From Gammaproteobacteria bacterium (lineage in GTDB: Bacteria; Pseudomonadota; Gammaproteobacteria; GCA-001735895), in the NCBI GenBank assembly GCA_050295575.1, contig JBNKPX010000003.1, forward strand, positions 3,064 to 67,063: a DNA stretch of 64,000 nt. Direction: 5' to 3'. The notes below the pieces were generated by a model. It had not been told where the DNA came from. It did no database searches and saw only the letters and a program-made list of their open reading frames with translations. A program made the position numbers and the translations under genes. Below, piece by piece: positions 17,611 through 27,455 of the stretch. Numbering within the stretch: the stretch's first letter is position 1; each line of letters starts with the position of its first letter.

Positions 17611-17625
17611 ATTGTTATCTCTGAA

Positions 17626-18261
17626 TTAATCTTCGGTTTTCTTTTTGTATTCACAAAGGTCTTCAATAATACAGCTAGAACAGCGAGGTTTGCGAGCGAT
17701 ACAGGTATAGCGTCCATGCAGGATCAGCCAGTGATGAGCATCAAGCTTGAATTCTTCAGGTAGCAGACGTAGGAGTCTTTTTTCAACCTCATTCACATCC
17801 TTGCCAGGTGCGATAGCTGTGCGGTTGGAGACACGAAAGATATGCGTATCTACTGCGATAGTGGGTTCACCAAATGCAGTATTTAAAATGACATTCGCTG
17901 TTTTTCGACCTACACCAGGCAAGGCTTCCAGGCTTGCTCGATCATGTGGCACCTCAGACTGGTGCTTGTCGATCAGGATTTGACAGGTTTTGATCACATT
18001 GGCCGCTTTAGAGTTGAATAGACCAATGGTTTTAATGTATTGCTTAAGACCCTGTTCCCCTAGCTTTAGAATTGACTCCGGTGTATTGGCGACCGGGTAT
18101 AACTTATCCGTCGCTTTGTTTACGCTTACATCAGTTGCCTGGGCGGATAACATTACAGCAATCAGTAGCTCGAAATTTGATTGAAACTTAAGTTCGGTGG
18201 TAGGGGAGGGGTTGTTTTGTTTTAAGCGATTGAAGATTTCAATTCGTTTCTGTTTATTCAT
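17626..18261 (-). CDS. nth: Endonuclease III
   Basis: HhH-GPD motif LPGVGRKTANVILN and the C-terminal 4Fe-4S ligands CIARKPRCSSCIIEDLC. Confidence 0.93.
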   Translation of the reverse strand: MNKQKRIEIFNRLKQNNPSPTTELKFQSNFELLIAVMLSAQATDVSVNKATDKLYPVANTPESILKLGEQGLKQYIKTIGLFNSKAANVIKTCQILIDKHQSEVPHDRASLEALPGVGRKTANVILNTAFGEPTIAVDTHIFRVSNRTAIAPGKDVNEVEKRLLRLLPEEFKLDAHHWLILHGRYTCIARKPRCSSCIIEDLCEYKKKTED

Positions 18262-18295
18262 GTTAGGCAGTTGAACAGACTAAGGGGCTGTAAGG

Positions 18296-21118
18296 TTAAT
18301 TTAACGGGGACGACTGAGCAATAACGAGTAGCTTTCTAATTTCACTTAGCAACTGGTCATGAACCTGCTTAAAACTGATACATTCCTTTTCTGCTAGTTC
18401 AAAGCTTTGTTGCGAGTAGTTGTTTAACATGCGGTCAGCAATCTGGTGAATGTCTGTATGTAATGATTGAGTGCGGCTGTACTCTGGGTGATTATGGTAG
18501 CGCCTTTCGCCTTCAGTGTTTAACCAGTGGCCGAATCGACATTTTCTGTCATCAAGTTCTGGAAGTTTTGAGTGCTTGCCATTGATATAGTTTTGGATGT
18601 TTGATACCCAGTATCTATGTTCTACCATGGCGAGCAGTAACTGAGGGTCACTGCGGTGTATGTTCTGGATATTTTTCCAACTGGATGGAGGGGTCCATTT
18701 GTGCCCCCAGTCAGGTATTTCTTCAGCAGGCATGGGGTGGGCGATAGCATAGCCTTGTGCCAGATCACAACCGATCATCAGCAACATTTCAGCATGCTCC
18801 ATAGTTTCTATACCTTCTGCGACCACCTCACGCCGGAATGCCTTTGCAAGCCCAATGACTCCTTCGACTATGGCAAGATCTTCAGGGTCTTCCAGCATGT
18901 CGTGAACAAAGCTACGATCAATCTTAACTACACTGGCAGGTAGATGTTTCAGATAGGTGAGGGATGAATAACCTGTGCCAAAGTCATCCAAAGCAAAATC
19001 AACACCCATGTCCAGACATTCATGCATGGTTCGTGCAACATTGACAATATCGAGGGTACTGGTTTCCAGCACTTCTATCTGCAGGCGATTTACATCGAGC
19101 TGGTCAGTCTTACCAAGCAGATCTTTTAGTCTTTGTACAAAGTTATCCTTTTGAATATGGTAGGCGCCAATATTGATGCTTATCGAGATATCCAGCCCCT
19201 CCTTACGCCACTGCTGTAACTGGTATAGGGCGTTGTTGATAACCCACTCACCCAAGGTGACCGAAAGAGGGTGTTGTTCTATCAATGGTAGAAAAAAGCC
19301 CGGAGCCAGTACTCCCTGTTCGGGGTGATTCCAGCGAATCAAGGCTTCTGCACCGATGATTTTCCCGCTGCGTAGGTTTACCTTGGGCTGGTAGTAAAGT
19401 TTAAATTCATTATTTTCCAGGCCCACTCGAATACGTTCTACTTTTTCATGATGTCCGCGCAGGCTCTGATCTTCTTCGGGATCAAATTGAAAATATCTGT
19501 TTTTGCCCTCCAGCTTGGCTCTATACATTGCCTGGTCTGCCTGTCGAACTAGCTGATCAGCGTCAACATCTTCATTCTGAGGGTAGTAGGTTACGCCGAT
19601 ACTGGCGGTAACTTGAATAAGAGTGTCGCCTATTTTCACTGGTTGAGCCGCAGCCTTAAGTAAGCGGTCCAGAGACATTTTGCTCTCAAGCTTATCGCTA
19701 TCTATAAGTACGGCGATAAACTCATCACCTCCCAGGCGAGCAATAGTATCGCTTTCGCGCAGGCATTCAGACATGCGCTGTGAAATAGTAATAAGTAGCT
19801 GGTCGCCCAGATCATGACCATGAGTGTCATTAACCTGCTTAAAGCCATCCAGGTCGAGATAGGCGACGGTAACTGCCTGTTTTCTGCGATGCGCATGAGA
19901 AATAGCCTGTTTAAGGCGGTATGCCAGTAACATGCGGTTTGGTAAACCTGTCAATGCATCGTAGTGCGCTATGTGTTCTAATTGTTTTTGATGTTCAATC
20001 TGGCTGGTAATGTCAGAAAACAGTGCAACAAAATGCTGAACTTCATTGTTTGTATCCTTTACGGCGCTGATGGTGAGAAGTTCAACAACGGTTTCACCAT
20101 TCTTACGACGATTCCATATTTCACCGCTCCAATGCCCGTTCTGATTGAGGTTTTTCCACATCCGGCGATAAAAACTATCGTCGTGTTTTCCCGATTGCAT
20201 CATGCGAGGATTCTTTCCCAGGATTTCTTCGCGGCTATAGCCAGTGATAGTGCTATAGGCTTCATTAACATCGATGATATTTGCTTTGGTATCGGTGATG
20301 AGGATACCTTCACGAGAGTGTGTGAAAACACTGGCTGCCAGTTTCATCTGATTTTCAGCTAATATCCTTTGTTCATTTTCGCGAGCCAGGTTGAGATTCG
20401 CCTGCTTCAGTTTCTGTTGCTCATTACTGATTTCCTGCGTCATGTGGTTAAAACTTTCAGCCAGCTGACTGAGCTCATCCTTAGTGGTAACGGGTGCTCT
20501 GATATCCAGATTACCCTGGCTAACCAGGTTAGCAGCATGCATCAAATGTTTAACCGATCTAAGCACGTTGATGTGGAAAATGATGAAGATAATAGAGGCC
20601 AGAAAAATAATTATGCTCAGATCAATGATCAGCAGGTTGAAAAGATTTTCGTTGTTTAGACGAACCAGTCGGCTGGGGTCAACGGCAATAATCAATTCGC
20701 CCAGCAAATCTCCACCATCTCTTATCGGAAACTTGTAGATATCAAGGTCAGGTAGATTCTCATTTGAATCGATCAGCCTCCCCATTTGCTGCAATGAGAA
20801 ACCCTGGAGAGAGGCTGTGGTCATGGCAACTCCAGCTGTATTTCTTATCATTGCAAAGCTGATATCTACATCGCTAGCAATGCGTTCGACATATTGGTCC
20901 AGTGTCGTGATGTCAAATGAATAAATAGCTTTTGGGCTAATCAGGGTGATGAAGTTGCCTAATGATCTGGCTTTATCGTTAAGCCCTTCAAGAAGTAGTT
21001 TCTGTTGTGACTGGTATAGATATAGCGCGGTTGAAACCAGCGTAATTACTAGCACGGCAGTAATCGCAAAAACAAATTTAAAGCGTAATCCACTCATGAA
21101 ACGATTAGGGAATTTCAA
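18296..21118 (-). CDS. Membrane sensor protein: periplasmic domain-HAMP-PAS-GGDEF-EAL-CZB (c-di-GMP turnover)
   Basis: Two TM segments flank a ~130-aa periplasmic region. HAMP (DELSQLAESFNHMTQEI), PAS (GYSREEILGKNPRMMQSG), intact GGDEF (RLGGDEFIAVL), EAL (GAEALIRW...DDFGTGYSS) and a C-terminal CZB-like region (HRYW, CRFGHW, HTDIH) are recognisable. TTG start at 21118; the ATG at 21097 is an alternative. Confidence 0.85.
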   Translation of the reverse strand: MKFPNRFMSGLRFKFVFAITAVLVITLVSTALYLYQSQQKLLLEGLNDKARSLGNFITLISPKAIYSFDITTLDQYVERIASDVDISFAMIRNTAGVAMTTASLQGFSLQQMGRLIDSNENLPDLDIYKFPIRDGGDLLGELIIAVDPSRLVRLNNENLFNLLIIDLSIIIFLASIIFIIFHINVLRSVKHLMHAANLVSQGNLDIRAPVTTKDELSQLAESFNHMTQEISNEQQKLKQANLNLARENEQRILAENQMKLAASVFTHSREGILITDTKANIIDVNEAYSTITGYSREEILGKNPRMMQSGKHDDSFYRRMWKNLNQNGHWSGEIWNRRKNGETVVELLTISAVKDTNNEVQHFVALFSDITSQIEHQKQLEHIAHYDALTGLPNRMLLAYRLKQAISHAHRRKQAVTVAYLDLDGFKQVNDTHGHDLGDQLLITISQRMSECLRESDTIARLGGDEFIAVLIDSDKLESKMSLDRLLKAAAQPVKIGDTLIQVTASIGVTYYPQNEDVDADQLVRQADQAMYRAKLEGKNRYFQFDPEEDQSLRGHHEKVERIRVGLENNEFKLYYQPKVNLRSGKIIGAEALIRWNHPEQGVLAPGFFLPLIEQHPLSVTLGEWVINNALYQLQQWRKEGLDISISINIGAYHIQKDNFVQRLKDLLGKTDQLDVNRLQIEVLETSTLDIVNVARTMHECLDMGVDFALDDFGTGYSSLTYLKHLPASVVKIDRSFVHDMLEDPEDLAIVEGVIGLAKAFRREVVAEGIETMEHAEMLLMIGCDLAQGYAIAHPMPAEEIPDWGHKWTPPSSWKNIQNIHRSDPQLLLAMVEHRYWVSNIQNYINGKHSKLPELDDRKCRFGHWLNTEGERRYHNHPEYSRTQSLHTDIHQIADRMLNNYSQQSFELAEKECISFKQVHDQLLSEIRKLLVIAQSSPLN

Positions 21119-21119
21119 G

Positions 21120-22007
21120 TTAGTGAGCTCCGTGTTTACCGGCTTCTACATAGTCTATGATTTCCCTGTGCAGGTTGTAGTCTTCATCTGCTACTGCGTT
21201 AAACGCAGTTAGTTTTGCTGCCTGCAAAATTTTTCGGCCTGACTCGCTGTTTTTAAGTGTTAGCAGGAGGTGCCTGATTCTCTGTGTTATGTCACTGGCA
21301 AGCTCACGCTTTACTGCCCATGGCAGGTGGGCCATTTCCTCGCTAACAGCCAGGGCTTTTAATTCACTGACATTGATTTTTCTGGTTACTACCGGAAGAC
21401 GTGTTGCCATTTCTCCAGCACCGCTGGCAATCACCTGTCTGGTATAGGTTGCGAGTATTGAATTTGGAGGGTTGGTTGTAAAAAGTGATTTGAAATCAGA
21501 TGGCTGTAACCCTGCCTTAGCCAGTAGATAGCGTGGCACGATGTAACTCATCATGGCTTCTTTTCCACCACCAAAGAGTATGCTTTTACCGCGTAATTGC
21601 TGTAGCGAGTCGATACCAGAATCTTTACGCACGTATACACCGCCTCGAATATATTTTTCACCGGATTCTTCATTTTGCACCAGTAAGTCGTAATTCAGGT
21701 TGTCATGAGCTTTGACATAATGGTACTGATTAAAGTGCACCAGGTCATAACGGCGCTGTTGAAGGTTTTTACGAAAAGCATCGAAGTCAGGCGATGTTTC
21801 AAGGGTGAATTTATAGGGGGTCTGTTGTTCGAGATAGTTTTTTAGCGGTTTAAATAAGCGCACCGTCAAGGCTGGATCCCGCCTTGGGAATATGCCTATA
21901 ACAAGCGATTTGGCTTCATCTGTTGCAGGTGATATTTCCTGAGATTGGGCCAGTAAGGTATTACTGATCAATAAAACAAACAACGTGGTGAATAGTTTAA
22001 TCATCAA
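21120..22007 (-). CDS. PhnD-like periplasmic substrate-binding protein (phosphonate/phosphite SBP family)
   Basis: Signal peptide MMIKLFTTLFVLLISNTLLAQS and a type-2 SBP profile (VIGIFPRRDP...). Its stop lies 1 nt before the start of the sensor gene. Confidence 0.55.
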   Translation of the reverse strand: MMIKLFTTLFVLLISNTLLAQSQEISPATDEAKSLVIGIFPRRDPALTVRLFKPLKNYLEQQTPYKFTLETSPDFDAFRKNLQQRRYDLVHFNQYHYVKAHDNLNYDLLVQNEESGEKYIRGGVYVRKDSGIDSLQQLRGKSILFGGGKEAMMSYIVPRYLLAKAGLQPSDFKSLFTTNPPNSILATYTRQVIASGAGEMATRLPVVTRKINVSELKALAVSEEMAHLPWAVKRELASDITQRIRHLLLTLKNSESGRKILQAAKLTAFNAVADEDYNLHREIIDYVEAGKHGAH

Positions 22008-22197
22008 ATAAGTCGAACAGCGATAAACACGATTTCTAGGGGTCTATAGATACAGCTTACTGGAGGTTTGCCCTCGACGTGAAATAATAGCACAAATTGA
22101 CTGTTTTAAGGATTTTAAGCCGATTGTTTTGAGTTGATCAATAAGGTCTGTTACCTGGTCAAATCGGAGCAGGTTAAAAAGTTTCGGTATAGTATGC

Positions 22198-22878
22198 TTA
22201 GCTGGATGTTTCCACTGCTTGAGTACTGATAGTTTGCGCAGTTGAAACTAATCGCTGTTCGATCAGATTTTTACCCACAATTAATAGCGCTAAGCCAAAA
22301 AATGCACCGGGTGGTAACACAGCAACCAGGAATCCACCGTAGTCCTGAGACAGGGTAAGGGTTAGAAACCCCGCCGCTTCTCCGAACATAACATCAGCCT
22401 GGGAAAAAATAGTTCCAAAACCTATGACTTCTCGCATGGTGCCCAGTACGGTAAGAACCAGTAAAAAGCCCAGCCCCATCATGAATCCATCCAGTGCAGA
22501 GGGTCCTACCGGGTTGCGTGAGGCAAAACCTTCGGCCCTACCGATGATGGAACAATTGGTGACTATCAGCGGGATAAAAATACCCAGCACCAGATATAGT
22601 TCGTAAAACCAGGCTTTCATGATCAATTCAATGATGGTGACTACGGATGCGATGATGAGTACAAATACCGGCAGCCTGACTTCCTGTCTCACTACATCAC
22701 GTATCAGGGAAACCAGTGTATTGGATATTACCAGCGTCATCATGGTTGCAAGACCCAGGCCTATACCATTGATTGCGGTGCTGGTGACTGCCAGCATTGG
22801 GCACAGGCCAAGCAGTTGCACCAGTGCGACATTGTTATTCCACAAACCATTACGAACGATTTCGCTATTACTGTTCAT
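22198..22878 (-). CDS. rnfE: Ion-translocating ferredoxin:NAD+ oxidoreductase subunit E
   Basis: GLWNNNVALVQLLGLCPMLAVT is the RnfE/RsxE signature. It is the last gene of the rnfABCDGE order. Confidence 0.92.
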   Translation of the reverse strand: MNSNSEIVRNGLWNNNVALVQLLGLCPMLAVTSTAINGIGLGLATMMTLVISNTLVSLIRDVVRQEVRLPVFVLIIASVVTIIELIMKAWFYELYLVLGIFIPLIVTNCSIIGRAEGFASRNPVGPSALDGFMMGLGFLLVLTVLGTMREVIGFGTIFSQADVMFGEAAGFLTLTLSQDYGGFLVAVLPPGAFFGLALLIVGKNLIEQRLVSTAQTISTQAVETSS

Positions 22879-23504
22879 TGGAAAAGTTTCTCACGGTTAG
22901 CCTGAAAATAATCCAGAGTATTCTTAACGGCTTTTACAATGGCTCTAGGCGTAATAGTTGCACCTGTGATTTGATCGAAATCACCGCCATCACGTTTTAC
23001 TTTCCATTTCTCTGGTGCCGGGTTGTCCAGCGACTTTCCATCAAATCCCAGGATCCAGTCTGATTTTCGTGTGTCAACCGAGTCGCCCAGGCCTGGGGTT
23101 TCATTATGTTTGACAGCGCGTACGCCCGCCAGTGTTCCATCGTTATACACGGCTACCAGCAGGTATATATTGCCGCTATAGCCATCTGGAGCGATGGTGT
23201 TGAAGATTACCGCGACGGGTTCACCATTTTTGCGCGCCCGATAAACTATGCTGGGCTTTTTAGTGCCGAGTTGCTCAGAGGCGGGAAGCTCCAGAGTATC
23301 CTGAGCAATATCATTATCGAGCTTTTCTTTCGGGATTAATATGTAGAGGTTTCTAAGTAATACCATACGCTCATTGGCTGCGATTTGCTGCTGTGTCCCA
23401 ACCTGTGTGACAGCGACTAGTGAGGTGCCCACTACGGCAAATAGCCATAACAGGAATCCTGAGATAAGTATCTGTACGAATTTAGTGTTCAGTTGTATCT
23501 GCAT
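22875..23504 (-). CDS. rnfG: Rnf complex subunit G (FMN-binding)
   Basis: Contains the covalent-FMN motif region FDQITGATITPRA. Its position between rnfD and rnfE fits. Confidence 0.9.
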   Translation of the reverse strand: MQIQLNTKFVQILISGFLLWLFAVVGTSLVAVTQVGTQQQIAANERMVLLRNLYILIPKEKLDNDIAQDTLELPASEQLGTKKPSIVYRARKNGEPVAVIFNTIAPDGYSGNIYLLVAVYNDGTLAGVRAVKHNETPGLGDSVDTRKSDWILGFDGKSLDNPAPEKWKVKRDGGDFDQITGATITPRAIVKAVKNTLDYFQANREKLFQ

Positions 23505-24535
23505 TAATGATCTTCCGGAGGCTTGACGCCAAATACACGGGGCTGGGTGTAATAATCGATAAGCGGAACAGCCATGTTGGCTAACAGTACTGAAAAGGCG
23601 ACGCCGTCAGGATAGCCGCCCCAACTACGTATAACGTAAACCAGCAGGCCGATCATAAATCCATAAATCAATCGCCCATTACGAGTGGTTGATGCGGTAA
23701 CCGGATCGGTAGCAATGAAGAAAGCCCCTAACATGAAGCCACCTGAGAACAGGTGAAAGCCGGGAGAGGCAACGCTATCAGGATTGACTACATAAAATAT
23801 GCTGGCAATCAGCAATACACCTGAAATCATTGCGACAGGAATATGCCAGCGTATGGTTTTAGTAAACAGCAGGTACAGGCCTCCGACAAACCACCAGTTG
23901 GCTATCCATTCCCAGCCTACACCCGCAAAGTCACCAAATATCGGTGCTTGCTTGATCTCGCTAACCGTCATATCCAGTCCCAGGTTAGTCTTGAATTGAT
24001 CCAGTGGAGTCGCCGATGTTAAGGCATCCCATTGCTGAATATCGACCAGCCCCAGGGTGTAACTAAAAGCCTGCGCCAGGTTGAGAGAATCACCACTAAT
24101 CTGGATGGGTAGAAACCAGTTGGTCATATCTCTGGGGAAAGAAATCAATAACACCACATAACCCACCATGGCTGGGTTAAAGGGATTAAAGCCTAATCCA
24201 CCATACAGGTGTTTACCTGCAATCATGGCAAAGCCTACACCAACGACTATCAGCCACCATGGACTATGCATAGGGATACACAGTGCTAATAACCAGGCGG
24301 TGACCACGGCGCTGTAATCTGACAGGTAGGGTTTAAGCGGGCGTTTGCGAAGCAGTAAGATGATGGTTTCAAATAACAGTGCAAATCCAATCGCGAATAC
24401 CAGATTTACAATAAGTCCAACGCCAAAATACCAGATATATGCCACAGTGCCGGGGATCAGGGCGATGATCACATTCAACATCATGCGGTTGATGTGGGCA
24501 GATGGTGAGATGAACGGTGAAGAGTTTAGGCTCAT
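23504..24535 (-). CDS. rnfD: Rnf complex subunit D
   Basis: Polytopic membrane protein with FFIATDPVTAST (RnfD/NqrB-type FMN site). Confidence 0.9.
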   Translation of the reverse strand: MSLNSSPFISPSAHINRMMLNVIIALIPGTVAYIWYFGVGLIVNLVFAIGFALLFETIILLLRKRPLKPYLSDYSAVVTAWLLALCIPMHSPWWLIVVGVGFAMIAGKHLYGGLGFNPFNPAMVGYVVLLISFPRDMTNWFLPIQISGDSLNLAQAFSYTLGLVDIQQWDALTSATPLDQFKTNLGLDMTVSEIKQAPIFGDFAGVGWEWIANWWFVGGLYLLFTKTIRWHIPVAMISGVLLIASIFYVVNPDSVASPGFHLFSGGFMLGAFFIATDPVTASTTRNGRLIYGFMIGLLVYVIRSWGGYPDGVAFSVLLANMAVPLIDYYTQPRVFGVKPPEDH

Positions 24536-26196
24536 GAATTATCCGGTTTGTTTTTGTTGCGCCGTGCATCAGCTTCATCTATCTGGCGTTGTTGAGCAGG
24601 TGTCAGATTATCGGTATTCCTGGGCTGGGCAGGCTGCTGGCTTTTTCGAGCTTTTACACGTTCCAGAGCGGCCTGTACCGCATCTACTGTTGGAGATGGG
24701 GATGATTCGGTAGTCGCCGTATTCTGTTTGGCCTGCTGTTCGGCCAGTTTTTTCTTTTCCAGTGCTTCACGTTTTTCACGTCGGCGTTGCTCATCCAGTA
24801 TTTTCTGTTTCATGATGCGGGCTTCGCGAAATTCATGGCGTTTACGCGCACGATCAGACTGGTAGGTTTTCTTTCGCTGCTCCCATATTTCACTCTTGGA
24901 GAAGCGGTAATATTGCACCAGAGGAATATGGCTGGGACATACCGCTGCACAACATCCGCATTCAATGCAGTCGAATAAATGATATTTTTCTGATAACTCA
25001 AACTGTCTTGAGCGGCTGTGCCAGTAAAGCTGCTGGGGCAGTAGATTCACCGGACAGACCTCTGCACATTGGCCACAGCGTACGCATTCCGTCACCTCTG
25101 GTTGATCCTGTTGATTGAGCACCAGAATGGTGTTGGTGGCCTTTACTACCGGAATCTGGTCACTATGCAATGGCAGGCCCATCATCGGGCCACCCATAAT
25201 AAGTTTTGGGTTCTCTACCGTGTAGCCACCAGCTAGAGATATCAGATGATGTATGGGAGTGCCTAAAGCAACGCGCCAGTTACCTGGGTTTTTAATACCA
25301 GGGCCTGTTATCGTGACCATGCGTGAGATGAGAGGTAAATCCTGGTCAATAGCATCGGCTATGGCTGCGCAGGTGCCTACATTCTGAGTTAAGAAACCAA
25401 TTTTAAACGCCAGTTCTCCACTAGGAACTTCCTGTCCAGTGAGAACTTTAATCAATTGCTTTTCACCGCCCGAGGGGTACAGGGTTGGTATCGAGACCAC
25501 CTGAGTATTGCTTAAAGACAGGTCGTCCAGAGCTGCACGCATTGATTTTATTGCCGCAGGCTTGTTGTCTTCAATGCCGATCAGGGTTTGCTGGGGTTGC
25601 AGCATAGTCTGCAAAATTTGAACTCCACGCATGATTTTAGCGGCATCGACCTGCATCAACACATCATCACAGGTGATATAGGGTTCGCATTCTGCGCCAT
25701 TAATAATCAGAGTTTGAATATGATGCTGATAGGCTGTTTCAAGCTTGGCAGCAGTAGGGAATACCGCGCCACCCAGGCCTACTATGCCTGCTTTACGAAT
25801 ACGAGCCAGCATGTCCTCATTGCTTAAGGATTCAACTGATTCTGTAGTAGTGTTAATTGCTTCATCTTTACCATCGGGTTTAATCACAATGCAAAGGTCA
25901 TTTTGACCAGAAGCATGGGCAATAGGGCGAGCTTCAATCGCAGTAATGACGCCAGAGCCTGGAGCATGAACTGGTGCGCTAACAGGTGCTCGGGTTTCTG
26001 CCAGTAATTGACCTTTTTTTACGTGCTCACCAACCTCAACCAGTGGCTCGTTATGCTCTCCAATATGCTGGCTGACGCGCACAATGATTTCATCCGCCAG
26101 GCTGGCGGTTTGAATTTCGCCACCCAGAGATTCCTTCTTATGATCATCCAGATGCAGACCGCCATGAAATTTAAATGACCCTGGATTACCCGACAT
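24532..26196 (-). CDS. rnfC: Rnf complex subunit C
   Basis: [13 protein letters not shown] at the N-terminus and two 4Fe-4S motifs ([24 protein letters not shown]). The C-terminal tail is low-complexity and Lys/Gln-rich. The ATG at 26196 is preceded by AGGAGG; the ORF-track GTG at 26223 is probably too long. Confidence 0.9.
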   Translation of the reverse strand: MSGNPGSFKFHGGLHLDDHKKESLGGEIQTASLADEIIVRVSQHIGEHNEPLVEVGEHVKKGQLLAETRAPVSAPVHAPGSGVITAIEARPIAHASGQNDLCIVIKPDGKDEAINTTTESVESLSNEDMLARIRKAGIVGLGGAVFPTAAKLETAYQHHIQTLIINGAECEPYITCDDVLMQVDAAKIMRGVQILQTMLQPQQTLIGIEDNKPAAIKSMRAALDDLSLSNTQVVSIPTLYPSGGEKQLIKVLTGQEVPSGELAFKIGFLTQNVGTCAAIADAIDQDLPLISRMVTITGPGIKNPGNWRVALGTPIHHLISLAGGYTVENPKLIMGGPMMGLPLHSDQIPVVKATNTILVLNQQDQPEVTECVRCGQCAEVCPVNLLPQQLYWHSRSRQFELSEKYHLFDCIECGCCAAVCPSHIPLVQYYRFSKSEIWEQRKKTYQSDRARKRHEFREARIMKQKILDEQRRREKREALEKKKLAEQQAKQNTATTESSPSPTVDAVQAALERVKARKSQQPAQPRNTDNLTPAQQRQIDEADARRNKNKPDNS

Positions 26197-26749
26197 GCTG
26201 GCCTCCTGCTTCATCTGGTGCACTCCATTTCCAGTCGGCTAGTGTCTGCTTAACCGGAACCATTGCAATACAATCGACCGGGCAGGGGGGCAGGCAGAGT
26301 TCACAGCCTGTGCATTCACTGGCAATGATGGTGTGCATATGTTTGGCCGACCCGAGTATGGCGTCTACCGGACAAGCCTGGATGCATAATGTACAACCGA
26401 TGCAGGTCTGCTCATCTATATGGGCTACAGTGGGTACGGTTTTATGTTCGCCATGTTCTGCGCTGAGCTCCAGTACCTCTACATCCAGTAGATCGGCCAG
26501 CATGATAATGGTGTTCTCTCCGCCAGGAGAACATTGATTGATGGGCGCATCGCCATTGGCGATAGCTTCGGCATAAGGACGGCAGCCGGCAAAGCCACAC
26601 TGACCACATTGGGTTTGTGGCAGGATTGCATCGATTTGATCGACGATAGGGTTACCTTCCACCCTGAAGCGAATGGCAGCATAGCCGAGGATAAGCCCGA
26701 AGCTACCAGCTATAAAGCTCAGGGTGAAGACTGCGATCAGGATTATCAT
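26186..26749 (-). CDS. rnfB: Rnf complex subunit B (ferredoxin-like)
   Basis: N-terminal TM segment, [13 protein letters not shown], and two ferredoxin motifs ([24 protein letters not shown]). Confidence 0.92.
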   Translation of the reverse strand: MIILIAVFTLSFIAGSFGLILGYAAIRFRVEGNPIVDQIDAILPQTQCGQCGFAGCRPYAEAIANGDAPINQCSPGGENTIIMLADLLDVEVLELSAEHGEHKTVPTVAHIDEQTCIGCTLCIQACPVDAILGSAKHMHTIIASECTGCELCLPPCPVDCIAMVPVKQTLADWKWSAPDEAGGQHVG

Positions 26750-27330
26750 TAGACTTTTACTAAGCCGCTGAGTCCCATAAATGCGAGGGACATCAGTCCA
26801 GCTGTGATGAGTCCGATTGCCGCACCTTGAAATGGTACAGGCACATCGGCGACATTGACCCGTTCGCGCATCGCTGCAAACAGGATCAGTACCATGGAAA
26901 ATCCAACTGCGGCACCAAATCCGTATACTGCTGATTCTAGAAAACTATGTTGTTGCTGAACATTCAGCAGCGCGACACCCAGAACCGCACAGTTGGTGGT
27001 AATTAAGGGTAGAAAAATACCGAGCACATTGTGCAATAAGGGACTGGTTTTATGCACCACCATTTCGGTGAAATTAACCACGGCGGCAATGGTGATGATG
27101 AATGCAATGGTTCGTAGAAATTCCAGATCCAGCGGAGCCAGAATCCAGCTATCCACCATATAGCTTAAAACAGAAGACAGAGTGAGTACAAAGGTGGTTG
27201 CCAGACTCATGCCTATAGCGGTTTCTACCTTGCGCGATACCCCCATGAAAGGGCACAGGCCAAGAAACTTTACTAGCACGATATTATTAACAAAGATCGT
27301 GCTGATCAGGATTAGCAGGTATTCAGTCAT
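26749..27330 (-). CDS. rnfA: Rnf complex subunit A
   Basis: [32 protein letters not shown] is the RnfA/RsxA signature. Confidence 0.93.
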   Translation of the reverse strand: MTEYLLILISTIFVNNIVLVKFLGLCPFMGVSRKVETAIGMSLATTFVLTLSSVLSYMVDSWILAPLDLEFLRTIAFIITIAAVVNFTEMVVHKTSPLLHNVLGIFLPLITTNCAVLGVALLNVQQQHSFLESAVYGFGAAVGFSMVLILFAAMRERVNVADVPVPFQGAAIGLITAGLMSLAFMGLSGLVKV

Positions 27331-27418
27331 AGATAGATTATACTTGCGGTCAAGCTTTCTGCATACCCTTGGCTTTGTATGGCTATATGAGGCATATCAA
27401 TAGAGTGCTACAATTTTT

Positions 27419-27449
27419 GCCGACAGATCAATTGAATCTGTCGGCTTTT
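27419..27449 (+). terminator. Stem-loop GCCGACAGAT-CAATTGA-ATCTGTCGGC followed by TTTTT (terminator-like; the U-tract is only on the + strand)
   Basis: A perfect 10-bp stem located 6 nt beyond the trpB stop. Both flanking genes are on the minus strand, where the hairpin is followed by AAAAA, so its role for them is uncertain. Confidence 0.35.
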
Positions 27450-27455
27450 TATGTG

